DNA from: Anthoceros angustus
Taxonomy: Eukaryota; Plantae; Anthocerotophyta
Direction of reading: 5' to 3'
Assembly: GCA_010909165.1 (NCBI GenBank)
Contig: MU008179.1
Coordinates: 62,001 to 126,000, forward strand
DNA length: 64,000 nucleotides
Below the pieces are notes generated by a model that was given only the letters and a program-made list of their open reading frames with translations, ran no database searches and was not told where the DNA came from. Below are positions 36,004-47,399 of this stretch, piece by piece. How positions within the stretch are numbered: the stretch's first letter is position 1; every line of letters starts with the position of its first letter. The position numbers were made by a program, and so were the translations under genes.

Positions 36004-37792
36004 AACCGTCGGGTTGGTTTGTTGAGTTTTGTAGGTGTTCATCCATCGGTTTGAGCGATCATGACTCAGCACCACTTCCTGTCGGTCATTTACAGTGGCG
36101 CCTTGCACTCGGGTTCATGGCTAATTGGGTGTGATGAAGGGCTGTGAATTCCTTAATAATTTGCATGTCGATTGTTTCGCAATTTGTATACATATGTTTT
36201 TGAATACGAGGGGGCTAAAGCAGCTTAAGTGCACGCTTAAACAAAGTATCTGCAAAAACTTGTCGCAAAACAAAGCAAGTCAAACATATCATTCGAGGAA
36301 ATATGTCTTTTGGAGGTGCAGGGATGTGGCGGAAGCCCGACATAAGAAGTTGCACATATCGGCGGACGTCACATAGACACACCTCATCTATCTATCCTAT
36401 GCTCTAAAGCTACGAAGAACACCTATCACCTTTCTATCCTCTCGTGTTTAGTCTCCTTGACGATGACCTTGTCTTGGGATCATCATCAAACATGCCTTCA
36501 AAAGCACCGATGCTCTCGGTTCCGTTTCCTCTACGCGGGTTCTTGTTGCGATTAGTGTCTGGAAATCGGATGTCTATCATCATCGTGCTTGTCGTTCTCG
36601 CACTCTTATTTGGGATTTTCATCCGAATCAACATTTTCCTCCATTGCAACTCTCTCTGGAAATGGGTGGTCTTCACGATATCTTCAACCTATTAACTTCT
36701 TGCCGGTGGTAGATGTTGAAGTTAGCTTTGTCTTGATGAGCTCACGTATGCGGACTTGTAGAGTGCTATCCTTGCAAAGAGAACCCAGATGCCAAAATAA
36801 ATGTCTCCGATATCAACAGTCGATCCAGATGCTTTGGTCGCTTCCTCCGTTGTCGCAAACCCTCTCTATCACTGTTGTGTGGAGCCAATATCTCCTCTGG
36901 TAGGTACCTTCCCTCAAACGCATTGCTATTCTAACAAGGTCTCCTAAGAAGTAGAGACGGCTCCTCATCTCTAATTTTGAGGGTGTGAAAACGGGGGTTT
37001 GTTTTCGGAAAACCGTGTATTAGGCTCTTTTTAAAATTCTACTTAAAAATGATGTATGAAGAATGAAGAGTTTTCAAATGAAACCAGGTGCATTTCAAGG
37101 TTTGTTTACTAATTTTTCCTTTTTCCTCTATACTATATGACCTACCCTTAAAAACGCAAGATTTGAAGATAAATACCCGTGTAGGTTACGTTTGCACATT
37201 TCACACCAATAAGTTTCAATAAGCGTTCACATAAGCGCTCACATAATAAATAGGAAAGTGTTTAGCGTTCACATCGTAAATAGGAAAGTGGTGGGAAGCG
37301 ATTCAACAAATGAAACGACTACCCGGACATCCGGTCTGGCACTGCCGTTCGGAGTCAAAGGGTTTTGATTTAATATCCGGACACACGGTGCAAGCAGCTG
37401 CCTGCGGTATGATGCCTCGGTACGGTGCTTGAGCTAAATCGTGCCTTTCCCCTGCTGTGGGACATGGCGGTCGTCTGCATCATTAGCCGTTGAATAGCAC
37501 GAATGTGTTCTGTACACTAATCTTGGAAGGGGTTAATATACAAACCCCTTCCGCTGTAAAACCCCACAAAAAGAAAAGACCTTAGAAATGCAAAATACGA
37601 TTGAATCCTCGTCAAGCACCATGCTAAATCGAAAGGGAAAAAACATTGATATTTCACAATTCATAAAAACGAGGGCTTTCTTGGCGCTGGCAGCTCAATA
37701 TCCTTGCCCGCTATGCTTTGACACAAGTAATGAAAGAAAATCACGATATCATTTCAAAACCCCTCTTCCGTCCCTCGAATATAGTCTTTCCT

Positions 37793-38900
37793 CTACAAAG
37801 ATCCCTCAGGCGGACTGATCTGAGACTCATACTGCGCTTGGGTGGCTTCTGAATCTAAAACAACTGCCAGGTTGCGCATGCGTTCCAATTCTACTACATC
37901 GAAGCTGTCAGTCTCTGCCAGGGCCTTCGCTTCATCATCTTCTGCGTTGTCGCCTTCGTCCTTGTCGCCACCACTCCCAGACTGGCACACAGTATCCAGG
38001 GTTTGTTGTCCTTCCTCTAGCAAGTCCCCTGTTTGCGTTTTCATCCTCCTTGCACTAAGTGGAACCACCTGAGCTTTCGAACAATTTTTTTCGCTAATAC
38101 AAACTTCTTTAGCCCAGAATTGTGCTGCTCCTCTCCGGTGGGCCTCGAATGTGAGCTCCTCTTTCCAGTCTGGCAAAACCTCGAAACCATGTATGCGTTG
38201 TGGGATATAACCAGCACAGCGGAGGTCAGCCTCTATTGCAATAGAATTGCGTCGAGCAATCTTGCGGTGTTGTTGTCCCACTTCCTGCGCAACCATCCAG
38301 AATCCAATCTCCTTCTTTGGAGAATGTTTTGATGAATTTCATCATCAACCCGAGAGGTCTTTGGTAGGCACACCACCATTTTGTCTTGAGACATGTACAC
38401 CTTCTTCACCACGGATCATGTGCAATCACGGATCGTCCATTGTTAAAAGTCCCTGCGTAATATTGGGCGTCATAGCCGCCTGTCTTGTTGCCTTCCTTCA
38501 CACACCAAGCAATTATGTACTCCACTCTCAAATCCACCCCTCATTACTCATGTTTGTTTTGTCCCAAACGAAGGACACCATTCCACCCTTGCCACATAAT
38601 CCACGCATGCACTCTCTCACAAGGTGAGCTTCTTCCACTCCGTGCATGACAATGAGCACAATTCTTCCCGTCGTCTTCTCCGAAGCTTTGGAAAAGCATG
38701 TTCATCATGCACCGCATCCAACCGACTATCCATAGGACCAATGTCAAAGCCTCTTGGGACATCCATAACGGAAGGGTATAAGCCGCGACAAGGAATCCCG
38801 CATCTCCATAATGTTTCTTTTTCCACTTGATAGTAACACTCTTTCTCGGACCACGGAGCGGTGAACAAGTGCGGTCGTCTTTCAAATCCTTGTCGTGATT
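37793..38900 (-). pseudogene. Beta-class (permuted) N6-adenine/N4-cytosine DNA methyltransferase domain (N6_N4_Mtase-like) with an acidic C-terminal tail; frameshifted as assembled
   Basis: One open frame from 38366 reads YQRPLGLMMKFIKTFSKEGDWILDGCAGSGTT (ILDGCAGSGTT at 38303-38271). After a 1-nt shift it continues RNSIAIEADLRCAGYIPQRI. This matches the consensus HP.qKP..L...li...s..gd.vLDpF.GSGTT..aa....R..iGiE.d..y......Rl. Upstream, in the expected order, are LIVMHG, EYMLLGVKEG (E.il.f.K) and a motif-IV-like L(V)FTAPW at 38865-38851, about 150 codons before the HP/QRP motif. Confidence 0.8.
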
Positions 38901-39686
38901 GCAGCTGCTCATCCTCAAGACTCTTCCGTTGTTAATCTCAAATATGAAGTTCTTGAAATCCTCGGCAGCTTTTGCAAATTCTCCACATCCTTTATTTCTT
39001 TGAGCGAAAGAAAAACGTTAGGCGAGGACACCACATTCCTATTGTATTCAAACAAGCGGTGGCGATGGCGAAGGAGGGTGTGAAAGGCGCACCCGGCGCC
39101 CGCCCACCCTCCATCGACAATTTTGAGCAGCATGCCCGCAGGCGGCCGGCGGCGCGCCGGCGACCCATCAGCGGCGGGCGGGCGAGCGAAGCGGCACATG
39201 GCGCCGGCGGCCGGCGCCCGTGCGACTGCGCATCCAAATAGTGGGAGGCGCGGCACGCGCCCTCCCCACTATCGTGCCATTTCTCGACAGAGCGTGGCGG
39301 GCGCGCCAGCGCCGCCTCGCAAACGAAACCAAAGCGACTCATTATGTGGTGACGGATCTCACCTTCCCAAAAAAGCCGTTTGAAACGAGCAATCATGTCT
39401 CCGTTGAGTGTAGAGGATATTCCTTCCTCACTTCCTCGAAGATGAGCACTCCGGATGTTTAGCCATGGCCACTTGAATAACATGCGGTTTCTTTCTTGAA
39501 GTAATTTCGTCCTCCATTCCTTTGAGATCGAGGATGCCTGTCGGTACCTTCCTGCGTGACAAGAATCTGCGCCCATTCACCATTGGTATACCGAATGATT
39601 TCCGTGGTTTTGAACATGTCTTCGGCTTGAAATACCGTTTCCACGTGTTTGGGATCATCTGTGACTTTCCTTTTCCCTTCCCTTTC

Positions 39687-41028
39687 TTCTTTGGAGAATG
39701 TTTTGATGAATTTCATCATGAGAGGTCTTTGGTGCGGGCACACCACCATTTTGTCTTGAGACATGTACACCTTCTTCACCACGGTATCATGTGCAATCAC
39801 GGATCGTCCATTGTTAAAAGTCCCTGCGTAATATTGGGCGTCATAGCCGCCTTGTTTGCCTTCCTTCACACCAAGCAACATGTACTCCTTGTCTCAAATC
39901 CACCCCATTACTCATGTTTGTTTTGTCCCAAAGGACACCATTCCACCCTTGCCACATAATCCACGCATGCACTCTCTCACAAGGTGAGCTTCTTCCACTC
40001 CGTGCATGACAATGAGCACAATTCTTCCCGTCTTCTTCTCGAAGCTTTGGAAGCTGTGTTCATCATGCGCATCCGACTATCCATAGGACCAATGTCAAAG
40101 CCTCTTGGGACATCCATAACGGAAGGGTATAAGCCCATGAAGAGAATCCCGCATCTCCATAATGTTTCTTTTTCCACTTGATAGTAACACTCTTTCTCGG
40201 ACCACAGGCGGTGAACAAGTGCGATCTCTTTCAAATCCTTGTCGGCGATTGCCTGCTCATCCTCAAGACTCTTCCGGTTAATCTCAAATATGAAGTTCTT
40301 GAAATCCTCCGGCTTTTGCAAATTCTCCACATCCTTTATTTCTTTGAGCCAGAAAGAAAAACGTTAGGCGAGGACACCACATTCCTATTGTATTCAAACA
40401 AGCGGTGGCGATGGCGAAGGAGGTGTGAAAAGGCCGACCGGCGCCTTCACCCTCCATCGACAAATTTGCGAGGCACCGCGATGCCCGCAGGCGCGGCGGC
40501 GGCGCCCGCCGGTGCGGCGAGGGGCGACGAGCGAACCGCGCCCGGCGGCGGCGCCGTGACATGTGCGAACTGCGCATCCGTAGTGGGGGGGCGGCGGCGC
40601 TCCACTATCGTGCCATTCTCTCAGGCAGGGGCGTGGCGGGCGCCAGCGGCGCGCCTGAATGCGAAACCAAAGCGACTCATTGTCGGTGGTGACGGATCTC
40701 ACCTTCCCAAAAGCCGTTTGAAATCGAGCAATCATGTCGTCAGATTGAGTGTAGAGGATATTCCTTCCTCACTTCCTCGAAGATGAGCACTCCGGATGTT
40801 TAGCCATGGCCACTTGAATAACATGCGTTTCTTTCTTGAAGTAATTTCGTCCTCCATTCCTTTGAGATCGAGGATGCACATCGTACCTTCCTGGTGACAA
40901 GAATCTGCCACATTCACCCATTGGTATACCGGAATGATTTCCGGGGTTTGCATGTCTTCGGCTTGAAATACCTTTGTTTCCACGTGTTTGGGATCATCTG
41001 ACTTTCCTTTTCCCTTCCCTTTCTTTGG
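39687..41028 (-). pseudogene. Tandem duplicate of 38313-39694 (pre-MTase domain plus catalytic half of the MTase, lacking the SAM-binding motif)
   Basis: ORF 39459-39881 (MLLGVKEG...VCPHQRPLMMKFIKTFSKE) stops short of GDWILDGCAGSGTT and jumps at TTCTTTGG (39687-39694). Confidence 0.85.
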
Positions 41029-41199
41029 TGCCGGTATGTGCCTATACACTCTGGTAACTTTGCTTCCCACTTTGAAAAGATCTTATCAATATTATCCCAT
41101 ACCTTGCCCTCCGCGAGATGCACGATGTGTGTCCACTTATCCACTTTGTTACCTTGTACACGCGTCATCTTGGCCTTCATCATCTTCAATTAATCCAAG

Positions 41200-41660
41200 A
41201 ACCTTATAAAGATTGAACTTCCATGACATGGTCATGACTCCATCCCGCCGCAATAAGAAGCTCATCTCGTAAATATCTTACATTCAATAAAAGACATTTT
41301 CTTCCGCTTATCGGACATTGTGTTATGGATGGGTTGCAAGAACTCTCATCTCGTGCACCGTAAGCCCACGTATACATGCGCTTCAACATATTGAAAGCAG
41401 GACTTCCGGAGCAATATCGCCAAGTGCTTCATAGCGACATATGTGTGGTTCCCCAAGTACACCCATAATATATTTCTTGGCAATTTACGATCCAACTTGC
41501 TAATATCGTTGCACTCCCGGTCAATCATGCATGTGCGAGAACCCCTTCTTCAATCCTTCCTTGAATAACTCGGGCTAGGTAGTTTGACCATGCCTCGTCC
41601 ACCCTCGATTTGGGCATCGGTGTAATAAAGATCTGGCTTCAAATTCTCAAGCTTTACCGA
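41200..41660 (-). pseudogene. ParB/Sulfiredoxin-like domain, N-terminal to the MTase on the same strand
   Basis: Across frameshifts: VKLENLKP...RVDEAWSNYLARVI...YLGNHTYVAMKHL...FQYVEAHVYVGL...EFLQPIHNTMSDKRKKMSFIE. This fits the ParB/Srx pattern i.l..L.p....R..d..v..L...i / .GnHr..A...l / ..vy.gl...e......N. Confidence 0.5.
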
Positions 41661-41699
41661 TCGTCTCGAACAACTTTCTTTGGCATAGGCGAGTCCCCG

Positions 41700-43478
41700 A
41701 TTATTGTCAATGGGTCGATTCCGGATGGCATCTTCAAGTCTTTCCTCATCTGTCACATGGGGCTCGCTATATCTGGTGGGCTTCACTCACTGTTTCCTTC
41801 CTGGATTTCTTCTTTCTCTTCCCCAGTGGAGCCTCGCTATGCGGTATGCCACATTAGGCGTGCCCACCATGCCTTGCTCTCCCACTCGAGTCCCTGTCTC
41901 CATACTCTCGGATCGGCGGACAGAGGTGCCTCAATAGAAGCTCGCACTCGCCCGCCCACCGCCACACCGTCTCTTCCACAATTGCAGTCGCAATCAGGCG
42001 GCCGGCCGGCGCAACCCTTCGATGTGCCTTGGGAACCCGAAACGGTTGGGGTGCGGTCGGTCTCCGGCCTCTACCGCGAGGCGCGGCCGGCCGGCGCCTC
42101 CTCCTCGAGATACCGAACAGGTACCTCCATGGAGGAGGAAAAGGAATGTCCAGACGGAGCATCCTTCCATCCTCTCGCCTCCCGAAAGTCGCCGTCGGAG
42201 TGGCCAAGGCGTCGGGTATACACCCATCCTCCTCATCGGATGGGCCGAGCTCACTAGCCTGCGCTCGGGTGAGCCCGTCATGCACATTCGCCGGCTCGAC
42301 TCGTCGTTGTGACATTTCCCTCCTATCTTTGGATGACGGATTCGGTAATCTTCCGCATATGGTCGTAATTAGTGCTCTAGCTTCGAGCATCGCAAAAAGA
42401 AAAAGTTGAGGAAAGGCAAGATAGAAGGCACAAGTCATGGAAACCAACATACAACGATTTGCATCAACGCCTTGAAAACCTTATTCCAAAGTTTTACTTA
42501 CGGTTGGGTACGCATAGCATTTAAAATCCTCCACGTTTGAAGGATCGCACTTGCTTTGGAAGCCATGTAGGTGACCTCATAAGCCTTGTACATGGTTTCA
42601 TCTTCGCTTATCCGATCAAATACCAAAGGCTTTGTTGTGCATGATCAAAACACAGCTCTCGTCCATCCATATCCGATGCCCATAGAACCCGGCCACTTGC
42701 TCTGGTTTGGCAAGGCCCCTTGAACCCTCGACCCACGGTTTCAATAGAGTCCAAAATTGTTCTCCTCCAAGGCTCCTCATCCTGTGTCAACATCCGGTCC
42801 TTCTCGGCGAGCAGTGGCCTCCACCTTGCTCCCCAACGCCGTGGCAGTATCCTCATAGTTAAATGGCGTTGGAATAGGCGCGCGATTGCTGTGGGGTCTC
42901 TTCCTCGGTCTCCTCCTGCAGCCTTCTCCTTCGTTGTCTTGGCCTTCCCGGATGTTAGCTGCCCGATTTCCCATGCCCAATTGACAAATTACCTCCGCTG
43001 GTGCTTGATGGCTGGTTGTATGCGCCCTCCACCGGGAGGTAGGCGTGCCTTCTCCAACATCCACACCGAAATTCACGCCGCATCCTTCTTCTTCTCTGGG
43101 CGGGATTTCTTGGTTTTGGGCATCGGGTCGGGATGTTGCCTCGTTCTCCACGTTCCTTCCTACTTTGCCTTCCGCCATCCTCAAGAGATTAGATACAATC
43201 GCCATAGGAAGCCAGTATTCAAAGAAGGAATCGTCACAAAGGAAATTTGCGGAGGAAGGGGAGGGCCATACCAAGACTATGTGAATCGCGAAGAGGAAAT
43301 GGCGGAGGATCGCAGCGTGGAGAAGTCGCGTCTTTGGGAGGCAGCGCCAAAAGTCCTTCCGAGAGGCTGTCTTGGCCGCCACGCCGTCCGTCAGGCTGGA
43401 AGAACTTGCTCGCCTCTCGGTTACTCTCCACCCGAAAGTATGGCGCCGTCGGGTCACGTCATACACATGTGCTGGCAA
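41700..43478 (-). pseudogene. Probable N-terminal part of the ParB-MTase gene; no recognised domain
   Basis: Minus-strand coding-like fragments (ORFs 42777-43478, 42608-42856, 41854-42450; FDRISEDETMYKAYEVTYMASKASAILQTWRILNAM) continue colinearly toward the ParB-like segment. Confidence 0.3.
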
Positions 43479-44299
43479 CCCTAACCATAAATGTGAATTA
43501 AGGTAATGCTTACATGGAAAACCATTTATAGGACCCTAAGTCAAAAGCCGTACATGTGAACCCCAATGCCGAGAAAACAATGAAGAGGCGGTGTGCCGCG
43601 CAGCCGCCAAGATCTACCGGTGAAGATCTTTCGGTTTATTTGCTCATAATGGCATTTCCACCTTACCTTCAGTCCACGGTCGCCTATGTCATGTCATACC
43701 ACGCTCTGTGAAGAGTGAGGACCATATTTCCAGACGATAGAGGTGCGGAGTCCTCAGGCCGGCGACAATGTTGCGCGCCACACACACATCAGTTGTCGAA
43801 GAGGTCAGAGTTTTTCGTCCACAAAGTTCATTCCGCACTTCGTTTGTGCGATCAAGGGGAACATGTACTTGAGAACAAGTGTTGGGTTTGCATCGATCTC
43901 ACCGTCTCTGTTGATCCATGTAATGACGACATTGATGTTGTCGCGAGAGCAGTGTGAGGAAGAGGGGTCTTTTGATTTCCGGATGGTAGGTGACTCTCTT
44001 GTGAGGAGAGGATGGTCTCGATGGGGCCCCGCGGCCTTCCGATCATGAGCAAGCGAGTCCGAACTCCAGGTTAGTTTGCCTTCAACAAGAAAGCAGCTTG
44101 TTTGCGGTGAAGACAATGTTGTGGCGAATAGTCCACCCCATCCGTGGATTCCATCTCATGCACACCGCGCAGTAGTATTGCGGTAATGCTCGTCGCCATC
44201 GACAAGCTCTCCGGCATTCGCGTGGGGTGCCCATGACCCCGTGAACTTGAACTTATATGCGCCATTGATGGGAATCATCGCGAAGACACCGGAAGGAAG

Positions 44300-47030
44300 G
44301 GAGATGGGGTGCGTTGGTGGTTTGTTCCGCCAAGGGCGATGTGCGAGGATGACCGCGGTGAGTTCTTCCACAAGCAAATGATCCGTGGTGAGGATGGGGA
44401 TGATGACTTTGTTCACCCTCCTCCTGGTGCATCTGGAACATTCCATCCCAAGCCTTTAAGTGAGACATTGATGACAACAAAGCTTTTCGGACAAGCGCGC
44501 GGCGCGGGGGTGTCTTTGCAAAAATGTGAATGGAGAAGGTGACGGAGACTTTCTTAAACCGTGTTGCAACCAAATGTGCATGCAGAGGTTGACCAAGCAA
44601 GGCCTTCGAGAGCAACGATATAGGTTCCTCACAATGTGCGAGCAAGAGAGACATTTCTTCAAAGCCTCGTACATCGGGACCCGAGTCAAACTAACAAAGA
44701 AAGAGTTTTTACGCATGTTATGGGATCGGTTCCTCTGCTGCGTGAAGGCCTTAAGAGTATATTGTATGGGGCTACGATCGAGGAATCGAAAGGGAGGGTC
44801 ATGAGGAATGCCCGTGGGATAGTGTTCGAACCAACCCAATTCATAAGTCCCGTCATGCACTTGGTGCTCTAGCGTGGATGGATAATGCTTTTACATTCAT
44901 GGTGAAAGACTTCGACGTGCAGTGTATAACGACACCCTACAAAGCGGAGATATGGTCATTGTACAACGGCGTGTCAAAAGCGCTCGTTTGAGTCGCGTGG
45001 TTTTGAAGTTATGGAAATCTAACTGTGAAGATTCCCAAATCCAACAGTTCTCGACACGCTCAATATGTGGTTAAAGACCACCATTCGAATACAACTCGGA
45101 AGGTTGATCAAGGTAGATATCACTCTACCACTAGTACAACCCATCTGGTGGGAGGAGTTTTTCGAGTTCATCCCATAGTTCGCGAATGAGCGGTGGTATG
45201 CGGATGGTTGGCTGACGGTGGCGCCGGCCGCACCCTCGGATGACCGTTGCGGTTGCTGAGTACCATGTTTGAAACTCGCAGTCCTTGTTCATGGATGGCC
45301 CCGGTTGTAGGTTTGATTGGTCGAGTTTGTGGGGCCCCCCCGGCCTGCCGGCGCCCCATCCACCTTCAAACTCGCCAACCATAATATATGACCTAGAAGG
45401 TGGACGTTTTGTAGATTTTAGATTGGGGAAGATGGTAAATGTATGTGTGAAGAGGTGATAGTCCACGACATCGGTTTGTTGTATGCAATGGGTTTCATGG
45501 ATTCATCTTCGCTTGTGGTGTGGAAGAAGCGTGTTTGTATGTGTGAAATTGGGAGCGTGAAAACTTGGAAGGATGTGACACTTGGAGCGTGTTTGGCGTG
45601 GCGAAAAAATGTCGGCGTTAGAGGCACGTCTGCTGCGAGGAGCGGGAAAAATGGCAAAACACCGTGAAAAGAGTTCTGAGGAACCGGATAAGTACATGCT
45701 CCTCGCTATAGGCGGAATGGACAAGAAGACCGAGATTCCACACTTTCTGCGTTGGCCAAAGAATCTTGATGAGGATGCCGTGTATCTGCGTAGTGGGTTG
45801 CATGATCCACAATTATACGTCTGTGCAAGAGTGTTTTTACTATGCCAATTTGAGGAACGATCGAATCGACAATCGTGATTATTCAAGATGTTATTCTTAA
45901 TTATAAAGGAGTGCTACCCAAAGTGCTCTATTTGCAGCTTGACAACACTTGCCGGAAAACAAGAACCAGCTGTTGTTTGTATTTGAACATGCTAGTTGAT
46001 ATGGGAACTTTTCAAGGTGAAGGTTGGGTTCCTCCTTGTTGGGCACACTCACGACCAAATCGACCAAATGTTCTCTTGCTTTTCCAAAAGCTTGAAGCAC
46101 AAGGAGGCACACACTCTTCCGCGTTGGCCGACATCTTGGTTCATGCATACACGCCTACCGGAGATCAAAGTTTTGCGGAGGTCCGGACTTGGGTCATATG
46201 TATGGCCGATTAGACAAGGCGATGGTCGCGAGCATATTCATCGGTGAGAAAATTGAACAACTTATCTTTCCAGCGCAGTTTAAAATCACGGAGAAGACAA
46301 ACCCTGGTAGGTGGTAGCGATGAGAGCAAGCAATATTCGACATCGATGTATTGGGAAACCGAAGCCGGGTTGGAGTTTTGAAATTTGTCCCTCAACGACA
46401 TACGTTGTGTCGGCCCTCGTCGAGACAAGAAAGGACGTCGGGGTTATCTCCGAAGGAAGTTTGAGGCGGAGTCAGCCGGGCTGCGGCCATATGTGAGACG
46501 AGAATATGGATGGTGGGAAGCATTACAGGTGGACCAAGAAGAAATCGCAATAATCGTGGAGAACAACATTGGGCTCGCACTAGAAGTGGAAATGGTTCTC
46601 TCGGGAATCGGAAGAAAGCAGCGCCACTCCAAGTTCCCGATGAAGCTATCCTAGAGGAGGCGTTAAGAGAACTCCCCAACGGATATGTACTTGGGGCCTT
46701 ACCGAGTTGGGAAGGCGCAGCAGGAAATGGCACGCTTGCATGGAGATGTAAAAGACATAAAGGAAGGGATGTTCATCGCAGATTTTGTACCGATACGCAT
46801 AATCGCCTTTCGGATTGGGAAAGTTAATCGTGAGGTTGGATGTGGAAGAGCCTCATTTCCGTTCACTGCACAGATCGAGCACAGATGCATATGAAGGCGA
46901 CGTGGAAGAATATGTGATTCCAGACCCATCCACTGAGACAGCTGGGATTGGAAGGAAAAAGGGTGGGAAGGCAAATTTCCCGAAGAATGTTCAAGAAGTC
47001 TTCATCAATAAAACTGTCATCTTGTATTAG
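44300..47030 (+). pseudogene. RNase H-fold DDD-type transposase of the DGMD / LDN..RENKN / GHTH.DIDQ.FS type (Sola1-like, DUF7869-like by recollection), frameshifted
   Basis: N-terminal CC..C....L...R..F (44560-44640); HLERV...KYMLLAIGGMD...IPHFLRWPK (45580-45770; first Asp reads as Gly at 45711); LPKVLYLQLDNTC-RENKN (45915-45970); VKVGFLLVGHTHDQIDQMFS (46015-46076); C-terminal GMFIA...IGKV (46765-46825). Confidence 0.85.
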
Positions 47031-47399
47031 GGTCTATGCACGCTTAGGTGCATCACTTCCATCCAATATTGGGAGTGATAACTTGCTTAGTACATGGTGG
47101 TAAAAACGGGGTTTTTTTTTAATCCGTTTCACATAGGCCTTCAAATATTTCGGTTTCGGGTGTAGCTGTGGTCCGTGGGTTTAGTTGTGGCTTACGCGCT
47201 TGCTTTTGTGGAAGTGGAGCGCGAGATAAAGGTGAGGTTGCCTGTGTTTGTGTGTGGGGTTTGGTCCGAAGTAGATGGGGGAATGCACGTGTGAGAATGG
47301 GGAAGTTGATGGTGGTGTTGGAGAATGGCGGGGTTCGTAGTGATGTGGGGAGTGTGGTTTTGCGGGCAGGTGGGAGGCATGCTATGGCTATGTGGGAGG

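Noticed and set aside
1300-37020. 13-bp inverted match CCCCCGTTTTCAC (1302) with GTGAAAACGGGGG (36986) as TIRs
   Set aside because: Too short, no TSD, and the adjacent similarity is in direct rather than inverted orientation; probably chance.
38300-40330. First read as a Ulp1/C48 protease (CPHQ...MKFI resembles PQQ...CG..V.KF)
   Set aside because: No His-Trp or Gln-x-Cys catalytic motifs, and the downstream ILDGCAGSGTT...R.SIAIE.D fits a SAM-binding MTase motif far better.
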